The position numbers and the translations under genes were made by a program. The notes under the pieces are model-generated. The model saw only the letters and a program-made list of their open reading frames with translations. It was not told the origin of the DNA and did not search any database. 64,000 nucleotides of DNA from an uncultured Gemmatimonadales bacterium (GTDB lineage: Bacteria > Gemmatimonadota > Gemmatimonadetes > Gemmatimonadales > GWC2-71-9): the NCBI GenBank assembly GCA_963844035.1, contig CAWJMT010000009.1:1-64000 (forward strand), in the 5' to 3' direction. This document shows, piece by piece, positions 30,688 through 41,086 of the stretch. Position 1 is the stretch's first letter, and every line of letters begins with the position of its first letter.

Positions 30688-32289
30688 TCATCCTCGCCCG
30701 CCTCGCTGCCGCTTTTGGGCCCGCCCCGCAACCAGGAAGCCCAGACCCAGCGTGATCAACATCGCGATCACGGGAGAAATGAATGCCCCGGGCGGCGTGG
30801 GTTGATCGAGTGCAAGGAAGTACCAGGTACTGACGGCCATCCGTCCACCCCGCTCGGCGTTGGACCCGTCCCACGCGAACAACGCGAGCGGGATAGGCCG
30901 GCCAAGAGCGAACTGAAGTTCGTTGGCAGAGTCGGCGGTCGCAAGGGCGCGGGTAAAGGTCACACGCCACTGCCCATGGTCAAATACCGCCTGGGTCGCC
31001 GGTGCTTTGGCGGTGGGGAGCGTGTCAAACCGCTCAATCCCCCGGGCCGTGCCCGCAATTCCGCGCCGGGGGGCACTCGACCAGCGCCACTGATAGACCG
31101 GGTCGGAGCTGCCACCCATCAGGAAGTAGGGTCGCTCGGTCCCCTCAGGGACCTTCATGGGGAACTGGACCGCCACCTGGTCAGGCCACTGTCCCACTAC
31201 GGCGGGGACCGAATCGTCGCTCATCATCCCGGCCAGGATCGCGCTTGGTGAACTGATTCCAGGCCGTGTCCGGGCTCTGCGAGCGGTCATCCCAGGTCAC
31301 CCGCATGGCGATCGACTTGCCGTCATGGACGGCCTGCACCCAGACCGCGGTCACCGCCGGCGCGAACCAGCGCGGCTTCCGGATGATCTGTCCCACGAGC
31401 GGGACGTAGTAGCTCTCGACGTGGCTCCACGCGGAGTCGTCCGGGGACTCGGGCAGTGCGCCCGTCATCTGGCGGGCGTGAATCACGTCTTTCACCTCGG
31501 GCGGCTTTTCGGGCGACAGGCTCCGGACGTACTTGGCGCCCCGCCACATCTCGTCCTCGGTGATGAACTTTTGGTCGAGCAGATCGGAGAACGAGGGCAT
31601 CGGCGTGCCGTCGACGCCCGTACGCAGCCGGTGGTAGATGTCCTCGGCGGTCGGGACCGCCGCGGAACAGCCAGTTCTGATGCAGGTTCGCCGCGAAAAT
31701 CGCGTGGCCGGCATCGTCCTTGAGCGTCGGGGCCGAGGGCCCGTCGCCGCGTCCCTGGTCGCCGTGACACTTCCGGCACTTGATCGAGTCGGCTATCTGT
31801 TGCCCGATCTTCAGCGCTTCTTCGCGCGAGCCACTCGCCGCCCGGCTCCGAGGCGAACTTCAACGGCTCCACGTGCTGGCTCGTGTCGGCAAAGAACGAG
31901 GAGAACGTCTTGATGTACGCCACGAGGTCGCGGCGTTCGCCGTCCGACAGGCGCTCCTTCCAGGCCGGCATCGCCGTCCCGGGAAGGCCCTCGTCGATCG
32001 CGCGCAGGATGTCGGCATCGGTCGGGATCTGGCCGCTCGCGGTCGTACGGATCTTGTAGATCGCACCCGTGAAGTCGCGGGGACGCGGCTGCATGTACGT
32101 CGCCGCGTAGCCCTGTCCATCCCCGGCGTCGCCATGGCAGCCAGCACACCAGCTGACATAGACGGCTTTGCCCTTCGTCGTGTCCTGGGCCGCGAGGGCG
32201 GGCGAGGACGCGAACAGCAACGCCGCGCCGAGGCCGACCGCCCAACCGCCCAGCCGCCTAGTGGCCGCCACTTTTCTCTCCTCCCTCAT
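30688..32289 (-). CDS. Diheme cytochrome c fused to an ethylbenzene-dehydrogenase-gamma-like (DOMON-like heme b) domain with C-terminal TM (several frameshifts)
   Basis: CAGCH and CRKCH (manual read near 31770), PRPRDF, GTAMP/GTPMP; HDGKSIAM..TWDD, DQVAVQFP, PYFLMG, FAWDGSN.ER. Confidence 0.75.
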
Positions 32290-33064
32290 GCTCCTCCTCC
32301 ATGACCCGCGGCTTCCACCCTGTCTGCTGGTAGATGAAAATGATCACCTGCCAGATCTCGCGCTCGGTGAGGAAATCTTCCCACTTCGGCATCGCCGAGT
32401 TCCAGGGCGTGGCCTCGCGCGGCAGTCCGGGGCCGCCCTTCGCCACGCGCCAGAAAACGAAGCTCTCGCTGAGCTGGGCGATGGTGCCGTTGTCCTGGAA
32501 GTTTGCCGGGAGCGGATTGAAGCCGTGCGCATAGTGGCCCAGTCCATCCAGGTGGTCGCCATGGCACGCCATGCAGTTCTGATAGTAGATGCGCTTGCCT
32601 GCTTCGGTATGCGCGGCGAGCGACTCGGCATGTTCCCGCAGGGGGTTCTTGAGCGCCTTCATGTTGAGCGACTTGCCGCGGAAGGTGATCTCGGTCGGCG
32701 GCGCCGGGTGAATCGAGCGCAGGTTGGGCGGCGCGGACACGGTCGTGCGGGCCTGCGCCAGGGTGATCCACCCGATCAACAACGTCAAGACCCCGAGCAC
32801 GCCGCCGCGCAGCATCCGGAGCCGGGGCTCGATCAGCAGCGCGGCGATCGGCTCCTGGAAACGCGCCCAGCGGTCCTCGCTGTCGCTGACGTAGATCAGC
32901 ACGCCCACCAGGACGGTCAACATGTACTGCAGGGCGACGCTCTTCGGGACGATCGCGCTCCCGGGAAGTGCGGGAACGAGCACTTCGATTACGAGGAAGG
33001 CAAGCACCATGATCCCCAAGGCCTGCCAGAACGGATGAGCGAGGTAGCCTCGGTTCTTGGTCAT
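32286..33064 (-). CDS. Membrane-anchored monoheme cytochrome c
   Basis: Three N-terminal TM helices, RSIHPAPP, CMACHG, WNSAMP. Confidence 0.88.
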
Positions 33065-33858
33065 TTGTGACTCGCTAGGTAGGCAACCAGCGCCTCGAGC
33101 TGCGTCGCGTTCATCCGGGTTCCGAAGTCCTTGGGCATGACGCCCGCCATGGTTTCGAAGCCTTTCGTGATGGACCACTCCGGGTCGAGGATCTTGTGGC
33201 GGATCGACGCCGCATCGCGTCGCGCGCCGAGGTGGGCCAGGTCGGGACCGAGCTCACCACCCTCACCGTCGACCTTGTGGCAGTTACCGCACTCCGCCTC
33301 TTTGATGATCGCTTTGGGATCGGTGCTGCCACCGGCAAACGCGGCCGGTGCGCCCCCTGCTGCCGGAGCTGCCCCACCAGCCGGCGCAGCGGACTCGAAG
33401 TCCGCGGCAGTCACGTCCACGGTGCCCCCGAGCGACTCGAGGTACGCGACCAGGGCCCAGATCTGCTCGGGAGGCATGAGCTTCGTGATCACCGGCATGA
33501 TCGGCTGGTAGCCTGGTACGACATAATCCGCGGGCTCGGCCAGCGATTCGTACAGATACTTCTTGCAGTTCTCTCCCGATTCGCGCTTGCCGCAGCGCGC
33601 GCCGATCGGCCCGGTGCCCTTTTCGTCAGTGAGCAGGTTCGGAGCGCGCGACCCGAGGCCGTGACACGCGGTACAGCCACCGACGCCGTTGAACACCTTC
33701 TCTCCCGCAGCGGCAAGCTGCTCGGGGGTGGCGTTCGCACCGAGGCTCAGCTTCTGCGGCACCTCGGACTGCATCTGCGGAATCTTGTTGCAGATCAGCG
33801 TATACACGAACAGCGTGCCGAGCACGACGCCGATCACCTTCAGGTTAGTGGCCCACAT
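33061..33858 (-). CDS. Membrane-anchored diheme cytochrome c
   Basis: CTACH and CGNCH, each with a downstream MP. Confidence 0.9.
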   Translation of the reverse strand: MWATNLKVIGVVLGTLFVYTLICNKIPQMQSEVPQKLSLGANATPEQLAAAGEKVFNGVGGCTACHGLGSRAPNLLTDEKGTGPIGARCGKRESGENCKKYLYESLAEPADYVVPGYQPIMPVITKLMPPEQIWALVAYLESLGGTVDVTAADFESAAPAGGAAPAAGGAPAAFAGGSTDPKAIIKEAECGNCHKVDGEGGELGPDLAHLGARRDAASIRHKILDPEWSITKGFETMAGVMPKDFGTRMNATQLEALVAYLASHK

Positions 33859-35554
33859 TGCTGCCTCCCTTCCCTGCGGTGCCGAACGTGGACTTTTCGG
33901 CGAGCCCGCCGAGCCAGAACACGAAGCCGACCAGGCTGAGGAAGATCAGCACGCTGAGGCTGATCATCTTGGAGGCGTAGCCGAGCGCGGGTGTCGCCGC
34001 ATACTTGCTCGTGTCTTCCATCACCTGCCACACGTGCCAATACTGCCGGATCCCCGAGCGGGCGAAGCCCATGAGCGCCATGAGCCACGTGAACGTGACG
34101 GCGAGGATGAAGAGTGCATACTGGGACCGTGCGGGCATCTTGCCCCACTGGATTTCGCCGGCCGACTTGGCGCCGCGTCCCATCATGCTGTCGATCACGG
34201 TGACGAACACGATGCAGCACAGCACCGCGCCCACCTGGTAGACGCTATAGCCGATCCGGACGATCGCCTCGACGAAGTAGCCCCGGATCCCGTAGAAGAG
34301 CACGATCGCGGCGGCGATGGCAAACATGGCGCCCTGAATCTTGGTCCCCGTTTTCTCCCATGGCACGACGAGCTGTTTGTTGCCGCGGCGATACATGAGG
34401 AACGAGAGGAACGTCGCCAGGATCATCAGATTGACGGCGGTGTTCTTGGCGCTCATCACGCCGAGCGCGCCGAGCAACGGATGGTGCGAGCCCCCCATCG
34501 CGGCGAGCTCCTTGGTGTCCGCGATCATCGTATGCGGTGTTCCCCACACGATCGCGCCGAGCACGAGCACGATGAGCAGATACTTGATGTACGGGCGGAA
34601 CCGCTCGGCGCCTGGGATACGGCCCATGCCGATCCAGAGGTAGTAATTGCCGGCCAGGAACAGCACAGCGATGAGGAACGCCTGGACCACCCAGAGCCAG
34701 CTCATGAAGCCGCCCATCATGGTGATGCCCATCGACTGATCGTACATGTAGATCTCGCGGCCCAGCCAGTACCCGGCGAAGGGCAGGACGATCAGGGCGG
34801 CCATGGCGATGAAGTTGCCGACGTAGCCCATCCAGTCGTAGTGCGCGCGCTCTTCGTCGGTCTTGGCGGCGAGGAACCGATAGCTTGCATACGCCGCCGC
34901 GATCGCGCCGCCGAACACGACGTTCGCAATGATCCGGTGGATGTTGATCGGCATCCAGCTCGCGTTGGCGATGGCGTGCCAGAGTTTGATCGTGGTGGGG
35001 TCGGTGCTCGCGTCGATGTCGCGCGGGGGCGTCATCATGTAAGTGAGCCACGAATTCGCGATGAGCATCACGACCGTGCCCCACACGTTGAGCATGATGC
35101 CGAGCACCCAGTGCACGATCTTGGCGCGGCCGTACTTCCAGCGGTCCCACCCGTAGTAGTACAGGTAGAGGGTGAAGGACTCGAAGAAGAACAGCCCGGC
35201 GTACAGCCACATCGACGGTCCGAAGATCGTCGTCAGGTACGCCCAGAACTTGGCGTACAGGGTGGCGAGCAGGAACACGAGGATCGCCCCCCAAATCGCG
35301 GTGGCGCTGTACGCCACCAGCAACAGGCGGGTGAATTCCTTCGCGAGGCCGTCGTACTTCGATTCGCCGCCGAAAATCCCGATCGCCTCCGCCACGACGG
35401 CAAACATCGGCACGCCGAGGACGAAGGCGGCGAACATCAGGTGCACCTGGGCAGCGATCCAGATCGCTCCCCGTGACCCGACCACCGGGAACTCCCCGTA
35501 GGAGCGGATCGAATCCGCGACCGCGGTGATCATCAATAGGCCGTCAGCCATCAA
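33845..35554 (-). CDS. Cytochrome bd-like (CydA superfamily) membrane protein
   Basis: QVHLMFAAFVLGVP, FFFES..LY.YYYGW, IANSW..YMMTP, PINIHR, MGFARS; about 13 TM helices; no adjacent cydB. Confidence 0.75.
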   Translation of the reverse strand: MMADGLLMITAVADSIRSYGEFPVVGSRGAIWIAAQVHLMFAAFVLGVPMFAVVAEAIGIFGGESKYDGLAKEFTRLLLVAYSATAIWGAILVFLLATLYAKFWAYLTTIFGPSMWLYAGLFFFESFTLYLYYYGWDRWKYGRAKIVHWVLGIMLNVWGTVVMLIANSWLTYMMTPPRDIDASTDPTTIKLWHAIANASWMPINIHRIIANVVFGGAIAAAYASYRFLAAKTDEERAHYDWMGYVGNFIAMAALIVLPFAGYWLGREIYMYDQSMGITMMGGFMSWLWVVQAFLIAVLFLAGNYYLWIGMGRIPGAERFRPYIKYLLIVLVLGAIVWGTPHTMIADTKELAAMGGSHHPLLGALGVMSAKNTAVNLMILATFLSFLMYRRGNKQLVVPWEKTGTKIQGAMFAIAAAIVLFYGIRGYFVEAIVRIGYSVYQVGAVLCCIVFVTVIDSMMGRGAKSAGEIQWGKMPARSQYALFILAVTFTWLMALMGFARSGIRQYWHVWQVMEDTSKYAATPALGYASKMISLSVLIFLSLVGFVFWLGGLAEKSTFGTAGKGGSNVGH

Positions 35555-36828
35555 CCGTTAGCCTCCGTGAAGAACGGCCGCCGCTTGGAGAAATCAATCG
35601 GCATCGCGCTGCGTACCTCCGCCAACATGTCGAGCGTGATTTCGCGCACGCCCTGCTTGCGCGCAAAGTCTTCCATCCGCTGCATCACGACGCCGCGCAC
35701 GAACGAGGGAATGCGCTGCATGCGCTCCCGCGCCGCCGGGCTCCAGGCGAGTACCGGCTCGAAGTCCGCCCCGTACATCACGGCCCGTGCCGGCTCGATC
35801 AGCGTCGCGCCGGGCCGCGGCTCGTAGTCGCACGACGGATCCTCGGCCAGCACATCACCGGTGACTGCAAATGCGCGCGCGCGGCAACCGCCGCATACCT
35901 GCCGGTATTCGCAGCTGCCGCACTTCCCACCCAGGGTGCCCTCGCGCAGCTGGCGGAACAGCGGCGACGCGCGCCAGATCTCGGCGAACGACCGCGTGCG
36001 CAGGTCCCCGGCGACCTCCGGCATGTAGGGACAGGGCGTGAGCTTGCCGTCGGGGGTGATGCGGCAATACTGCGTCCCGCACGGGCAGCGCGTCTCGTAA
36101 TTGAGGACCGGCGACTCGGGGTCCGCCTGGTGGACGTGCCGCATGAAATGCGGCGCGCACTTCGAGCGGACCAGCATGCGGCCGCGGAAGTCGCGCTGCC
36201 AGCGGGCCAGGTCGGCGAGCACGGACTCGTATTCGGAGGGCGAGAGGTCGGTCAGTCCCGCTCCCCGCCCCGTCGGCACCAGGAAATAGCAATTGAAGGC
36301 GACCGCCCCCTGCTCGGCCGACCATTGCACCAACCGCGACAGCTCATCGCGATTGCCCTTGGTGACGGACGTCTGAATGATGAAGTCGAGCTTGTGCGAG
36401 CGGAGCCGGCCCAGAGCCGCCTGCGTATCCGCGAGCGATCCCTTGAGGTGGCGAAAGTTGTCGTGATACGACGGGCGCAGCGAGTCGACGCTCACCGCAA
36501 CGCCGCGTACGCCAGCCTCCTTGAGGGCGGCGATCCGCTCGTCGGTGAGCAGCGTGCCGTTCGTCCCCACCACGACCGTCGCGCCCCGCTCGGAGGCGCG
36601 CCGGGCGATCACGGTCAGATCGTCGCGCAGCAACGGCTCGCCGCCGGAGAGGATCAGCAGGGGGGAGGGATTCACCGCGAGCAGCTCGTCAACGATGCGC
36701 AAGCAGGTCGCCGTGTCGAGCTCCGACGTCGCCTGCTCCGTCGGGCCGGCGGAGATATAGCAGTGGGCGCACTCGAGATTGCAGCGACGAGTGAGATTCC
36801 ACGCAACTACGTGCGGTACGAAGTCCAC
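35551..36828 (-). CDS. Radical SAM/SPASM protein (AhbC/AhbD/NirJ-like) with C-terminal PCP_red-like domain
   Basis: VAWNLTRRCNLECAHC, SGGEP, CPCG..YCRI...PCPY, KCGSC...CGGCRARA; tail WS..ARERMQRIPSFVRG. Confidence 0.85.
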   Translation of the reverse strand: MDFVPHVVAWNLTRRCNLECAHCYISAGPTEQATSELDTATCLRIVDELLAVNPSPLLILSGGEPLLRDDLTVIARRASERGATVVVGTNGTLLTDERIAALKEAGVRGVAVSVDSLRPSYHDNFRHLKGSLADTQAALGRLRSHKLDFIIQTSVTKGNRDELSRLVQWSAEQGAVAFNCYFLVPTGRGAGLTDLSPSEYESVLADLARWQRDFRGRMLVRSKCAPHFMRHVHQADPESPVLNYETRCPCGTQYCRITPDGKLTPCPYMPEVAGDLRTRSFAEIWRASPLFRQLREGTLGGKCGSCEYRQVCGGCRARAFAVTGDVLAEDPSCDYEPRPGATLIEPARAVMYGADFEPVLAWSPAARERMQRIPSFVRGVVMQRMEDFARKQGVREITLDMLAEVRSAMPIDFSKRRPFFTEANG

Positions 36829-38844
36829 TCAGTCGCCCGCCTGCTCCTGCAGCATCCGCTCCATGGCTTCCTTCGCCTCTTCCGGCTTCATCCCCTTGAA
36901 CTCGACCGGACACTTGCCGGCCTTTTCTTCGATGTCCCGGATGGGGCAGCGCGTGATCCCCTGCGCCTTGGCTTCTTCGATGAAGGCCCGCATCTCGGGC
37001 GTCATGCCGTCGCGTCCCTCGGCTTCGGCGCGGATCTGCTTGGCGCGGAGCTCGGTGAACATGACCATCATCGTCTCGACGTCGAACTCGTCGGCCTCGA
37101 TCATCTTCTGCTTGTTTTCGTCCATCACCATGGTGGTGACGCGCCAAATGTCGTGGCTGCGTGCGAACCGCTCGACGGTGTTGCGCGCCAGCGGCCGCGC
37201 GATCAGCGGAACCGCCTGCAGGCGCTGCCACCCTTCCTCCGTCCAGATGATCGGATCGGTGGCCACGCGCGCCCGCCGGCTCACGTTTCCGGTCACCGGA
37301 CACTTCACCTCAATCTCCGCGGTGGCCGGCACGAGATCGCTGTCGTGCCCCTGGACCTTGGTGGTCTGGAGCTGCTCGGTCGCCTTCTCCTCCGCGAGCA
37401 CGATCTCCTCTGCCGTGCCGATGCCCATGATGAGCTGCATATGGGTCGGCAGCAGCTTCTTGATCGCTTCGTCGAGCCACTTGTTGGTGATGATGGTTGC
37501 GGCCCCGCCGGTCTGCTCGAGCGTGTACTCCTCGACGGCGCGCCGCGCGATGCCCTGCGCGAACGGCGGCACGCGAAGGATGCGCACTTCGGCATCGGGC
37601 GCCCACGGCATGCCCGCCTGGCCATCTTCTTCAATCCAGGGAATGTCTTCCGGACGGATGCCCACGGTGCCGATCATCAGGGTGTTGCACGGCGCGAGAC
37701 GAACCAGGTTCTCCGCCTGCGAGCCCAGCTGGGTGTTTTCGATCCGGTGCGCTCCATGGCGCGACAGGACGAGCAGTGACGGCTTGATCTCCTCCGCCCA
37801 CTGCATCACCACCTGGAAGGGCTTCCCAACGAGGATCTGCGTCTTGATGGGAACGTCGGGGAACTCCTGGGCCATCACCTCGGCGCGCTTCAGGTTCGCC
37901 TGGCAGAGCTTGAGCAGCCCCTTGTCGATGATGTTGTTGTGGAGCTCCTCCTGCTCCTCGAACTTGAACACCTTCGAGGCCTGGTAGGACAGCACGTCTT
38001 TGATGTTGTTGAAGACGACGTGGTGATACTCCACGTCGAATGCGCTGCAGACATAGAGCGAGCCGCCGAACTCCTTGGCCAGCTCGAGTGCGACGCGCAT
38101 CGCCTTGTAGCTGTAGGACGAGCCGTCCACGCACACCATGTAGCGACCATCCGCGAACGGCTTGTCGTCGCGGACGATCAGCAGATCCTTTTCGATGCCG
38201 CGCAGGATGCGCGCCACGACCCCACCGAGCTGCGAGAACGGCTGACGGCCGAGGCCGTGCGCGCCGATCGTGAGCAGGTCATACTGGCGACCCGACGTCC
38301 CCACGAGACGCGCCGCGGTGTCTTCCTCCTCCGCGATGAGCCGGCCGTTTTCGCCGACCTGGACGTCGCTGCGCACGGTGGCGCCGCCGTCGTATGTGGC
38401 GGCGCGATTTGGATCGAACCCGATCAGCCCGGGCAAGCGGCCCGCGCCGCGGTTCACTTCCGCGACGATTTCCTCATAGTTGATCCCCTCGAGCAGCTGG
38501 CGCGTCAACGCCACGCCCGCCGCCTCGCACCGCTTCCCGACCTGATCAAGGAAGCTGTCGGCGATGAGCTGCAGGCCCTTCTCGATCAGCTTGTCGTGGA
38601 TCTTGCGCTGCTTCTTGATTTCTTCCGGCGTCTGAAACTGCGCGGGGAGACCGGTCTCGAGTTGGCGGAAGCGAACGTCGTGGAGGCGTGCGGCGTAGAC
38701 ATGGTTACCGGTGATGCGCCCGCCGGACTGACGACACAGCTCAAGCGCCCGATCAATCGCCCAATCCGAATGCTGTGAATTGTCGACGGGCGCAAATATC
38801 TCGCGATACACCGGCACCTCGGGCGCTAGAGTCATGTCGGGCAC
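36829..38844 (-). CDS. Tandem universal-stress-protein domains plus two PCP_red-like domains
   Basis: PVDNS.HS, IGAHG, CVDGS..SY, LSRHG; WAPDAEVRILRVPPFAQG and WTEEGWQRLQAVPLIARP repeats. Confidence 0.8.
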   Translation of the reverse strand: MPDMTLAPEVPVYREIFAPVDNSQHSDWAIDRALELCRQSGGRITGNHVYAARLHDVRFRQLETGLPAQFQTPEEIKKQRKIHDKLIEKGLQLIADSFLDQVGKRCEAAGVALTRQLLEGINYEEIVAEVNRGAGRLPGLIGFDPNRAATYDGGATVRSDVQVGENGRLIAEEEDTAARLVGTSGRQYDLLTIGAHGLGRQPFSQLGGVVARILRGIEKDLLIVRDDKPFADGRYMVCVDGSSYSYKAMRVALELAKEFGGSLYVCSAFDVEYHHVVFNNIKDVLSYQASKVFKFEEQEELHNNIIDKGLLKLCQANLKRAEVMAQEFPDVPIKTQILVGKPFQVVMQWAEEIKPSLLVLSRHGAHRIENTQLGSQAENLVRLAPCNTLMIGTVGIRPEDIPWIEEDGQAGMPWAPDAEVRILRVPPFAQGIARRAVEEYTLEQTGGAATIITNKWLDEAIKKLLPTHMQLIMGIGTAEEIVLAEEKATEQLQTTKVQGHDSDLVPATAEIEVKCPVTGNVSRRARVATDPIIWTEEGWQRLQAVPLIARPLARNTVERFARSHDIWRVTTMVMDENKQKMIEADEFDVETMMVMFTELRAKQIRAEAEGRDGMTPEMRAFIEEAKAQGITRCPIRDIEEKAGKCPVEFKGMKPEEAKEAMERMLQEQAGD

Positions 38845-39010
38845 ACACCGCTCTCTCGCCGAGCTCCAGACGAACTCGGTCCTGACAGAGATCCAGCAGC
38901 TGTGTGCTCAACCGCGTCGACCCGTGGGCCGCCGCATGAGCTATGGTTCGATTTTGACCGCCGCGAGTATGCTCCGTGCAGCCTGACCTGTCAAGGCTCG
39001 CGTCCGCGGT

Positions 39011-39256
39011 TCATTTGGGGACGATCTGGCTCCCGGATTCGTCCCACACGGTGATCGCATCCACCGGACACGAATCGCAGGCGCGCAGCAGGCGCTCCCG
39101 CTCGACGGCCTCAGGATCTGTGAAGACAGCGATCGTATCTTCATCCAACTTGAATGCTTCGGGTGCTTCCTTCACACAATCCCCGAAGCCCACACACTGC
39201 TCGCGGTCGATCACTACCCGGAGGCCGTGCACCACGCGCTCGACCAGCTGGCTCAC
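39011..39256 (-). CDS. Small ferredoxin (single cluster, 3Fe-4S/4Fe-4S type)
   Basis: IDREQCVGFGDC..APEAF...ACDSCPVDAI. Confidence 0.88.
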   Translation of the reverse strand: MSQLVERVVHGLRVVIDREQCVGFGDCVKEAPEAFKLDEDTIAVFTDPEAVERERLLRACDSCPVDAITVWDESGSQIVPK

Positions 39257-39699
39257 ATCCCCTCCAGGCCGAGCTCCGTGCGCGCGGTGTCCATCACCGC
39301 CGGTGTGATCTCGGTGATCCCGTGGTCCCGGGCGTATTCCGTGTAGATCCGCTTCACCATACCCTTCACGAAGTTCGGTACCTTGGCCAGCCGCTCCACG
39401 GCATCCGCGGACCACGTCACGCCCAAGACGGTTTCCGGCCCCCGGCTCTCGCCGAACGCGTTGTCCTTTCCGGTCGCGACGGTGCTGCGGACCATTTCCA
39501 TCGGTTGCTCGGGCACCGTGCGGCCGCCGATCACCACGCCGAGGGAGCTGACCAGCTGGGTCTCGAACGGGTTCGTGAGCATGCCGACCCGGCGACCGCA
39601 GCCGGGACAGGAGAATGCGATCGCGAGCGTGCCGTCCCCCGGGAGCTCGCGCTCCTCGAACGTCATCTGCCGGTCGCACTCAATGCAGAGAAATTTCAC
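39253..39699 (-). CDS. CxxC/CxxC zinc-ribbon plus PCP_red-like domain protein
   Basis: CIEC...CPGC, MLTNPFETQ, WSADAVERLAKVPNFVKGM. Confidence 0.8.
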   Translation of the reverse strand: MKFLCIECDRQMTFEERELPGDGTLAIAFSCPGCGRRVGMLTNPFETQLVSSLGVVIGGRTVPEQPMEMVRSTVATGKDNAFGESRGPETVLGVTWSADAVERLAKVPNFVKGMVKRIYTEYARDHGITEITPAVMDTARTELGLEGM

Positions 39700-40478
39700 A
39701 GGCGTGCTGCGAGGTCGGACCAGACGGCATCCGACGGGTGAAACGGGATGCGGGCCAGGACCGGGATAGCGAACTCCGCTGCCAGCGAATCGGCGGCATC
39801 GCCCCGAAACTGCTCCCCGACCATGTTCTCGACGATGCCGAGCGCCGGTGCGCCGCGGTCCACCGCCGCCCGCAACGCGCGCCGCACGGCGTCAGCCGAC
39901 TCCGGGGTCGGAATCGTCACGGTGACCACCGCCGGGGCGGTCGGCAACAGGGTGGCGAGCTCCGCGAACCGCGCGATTCCGGGCGGCAAGTCGACGAACA
40001 GCACATCGAGCGCCCCCCACGCAACGTCCGACAAGAACTCCCGCAGCGCGGCCACCTCCTGGGCTCCGCGCCAAATGAAGTTTTCGGCCTCCGGGCCGCG
40101 AAACGCCAACGGGCGGCCGTCCTCCACGAGCTGCGCCATCGAGATCAGGCGTACCCCATCCGCGGCCGTCGCTGGAACCACGGCATCGTCACGCACGGTC
40201 AGCGGGATCCGGGGCGCGTCGAGCAGGCGTGCGGCGGTGGGGCCATTCAGGTCGGCATCGAGCACCCCGACCGCGCGCCCGGCGCGTGCGCAGGCACGGG
40301 CCAAGTGGGCCGTCACAAAGCTCTTGCCCACGCCACCCTTGCCGCTCATGACGGCCACGACACGGCCCACACCGACCAGCCGGGCGCCAACCCTGGCCCG
40401 TTGGGCCACGACCTGGTCCAGCAGCCCCGATGCGTCCGGGTCGGTCAGATCGTGATAGGTGCGAATATTGAGTGGCAT
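39696..40478 (-). CDS. mrp: Mrp/ApbC/NBP35-family P-loop ATPase (Fe-S carrier-like)
   Basis: SGKGGVGKS, LDADLNGP, WG.LD.L.VDLPPG, GIVENM. Confidence 0.85.
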   Translation of the reverse strand: MPLNIRTYHDLTDPDASGLLDQVVAQRARVGARLVGVGRVVAVMSGKGGVGKSFVTAHLARACARAGRAVGVLDADLNGPTAARLLDAPRIPLTVRDDAVVPATAADGVRLISMAQLVEDGRPLAFRGPEAENFIWRGAQEVAALREFLSDVAWGALDVLFVDLPPGIARFAELATLLPTAPAVVTVTIPTPESADAVRRALRAAVDRGAPALGIVENMVGEQFRGDAADSLAAEFAIPVLARIPFHPSDAVWSDLAARL

Positions 40479-40515
40479 AATCCGCCAATTATGCCTAGGT
40501 TCTCCCCTTCCCGCT

Positions 40516-41016
40516 ATGCTCGACGAACTCAAGAACAAACTCCAAGCCGAAGTCGAGCGGCTCAATCACGAGATCAATTTCATCCTCCCCAAGGAAATTG
40601 AGAAGGCTCGTGCGCACGGTGACCTGCGCGAGAACTCGGAATACAAGGCCGCACTCGAGCGCCAGCAGTTCACCCAGGCCCGCGTGCATCACCTCCGACT
40701 GCGGCTCTCCAAGTTGTCCAGCGTCTCGGAGAAGGACATTCCGCGCGACCGCGTGGGATTCGGGTCGCGCGTGACGGTGCAGGACCTCGACACCAAGAGC
40801 ACCGAGATCTACGCGCTCACGCTCGGAGAATTCGTCGAAGGCGGCGAAGAAGACGGCCAGGAGATCCATGTGTCCATGGCGTCGCCGCTCGGCAAGGCGC
40901 TGCTCGGGTGCAAGAAGGGTGAAACCGTGAACCTCGCGCTCCCGGTGGGGAAGCGACGTCTCAAGATCATGCAGGTCCTCACCGTACACGACTTGGCGGC
41001 CGGCCATCGGGACTGA
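40516..41016 (+). CDS. greA: Transcription elongation factor GreA/GreB family
   Basis: ARAHGDLRENSEY, SMASPLGKALLG. Confidence 0.92.
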   Translation: MLDELKNKLQAEVERLNHEINFILPKEIEKARAHGDLRENSEYKAALERQQFTQARVHHLRLRLSKLSSVSEKDIPRDRVGFGSRVTVQDLDTKSTEIYALTLGEFVEGGEEDGQEIHVSMASPLGKALLGCKKGETVNLALPVGKRRLKIMQVLTVHDLAAGHRD

Positions 41017-41086
41017 AGCGCCCAGGAACAGGGAAATTCCCGCCTCTTGACTAAGCCGTTTGCCCGGTGTCACTTAGTTGCGACAA

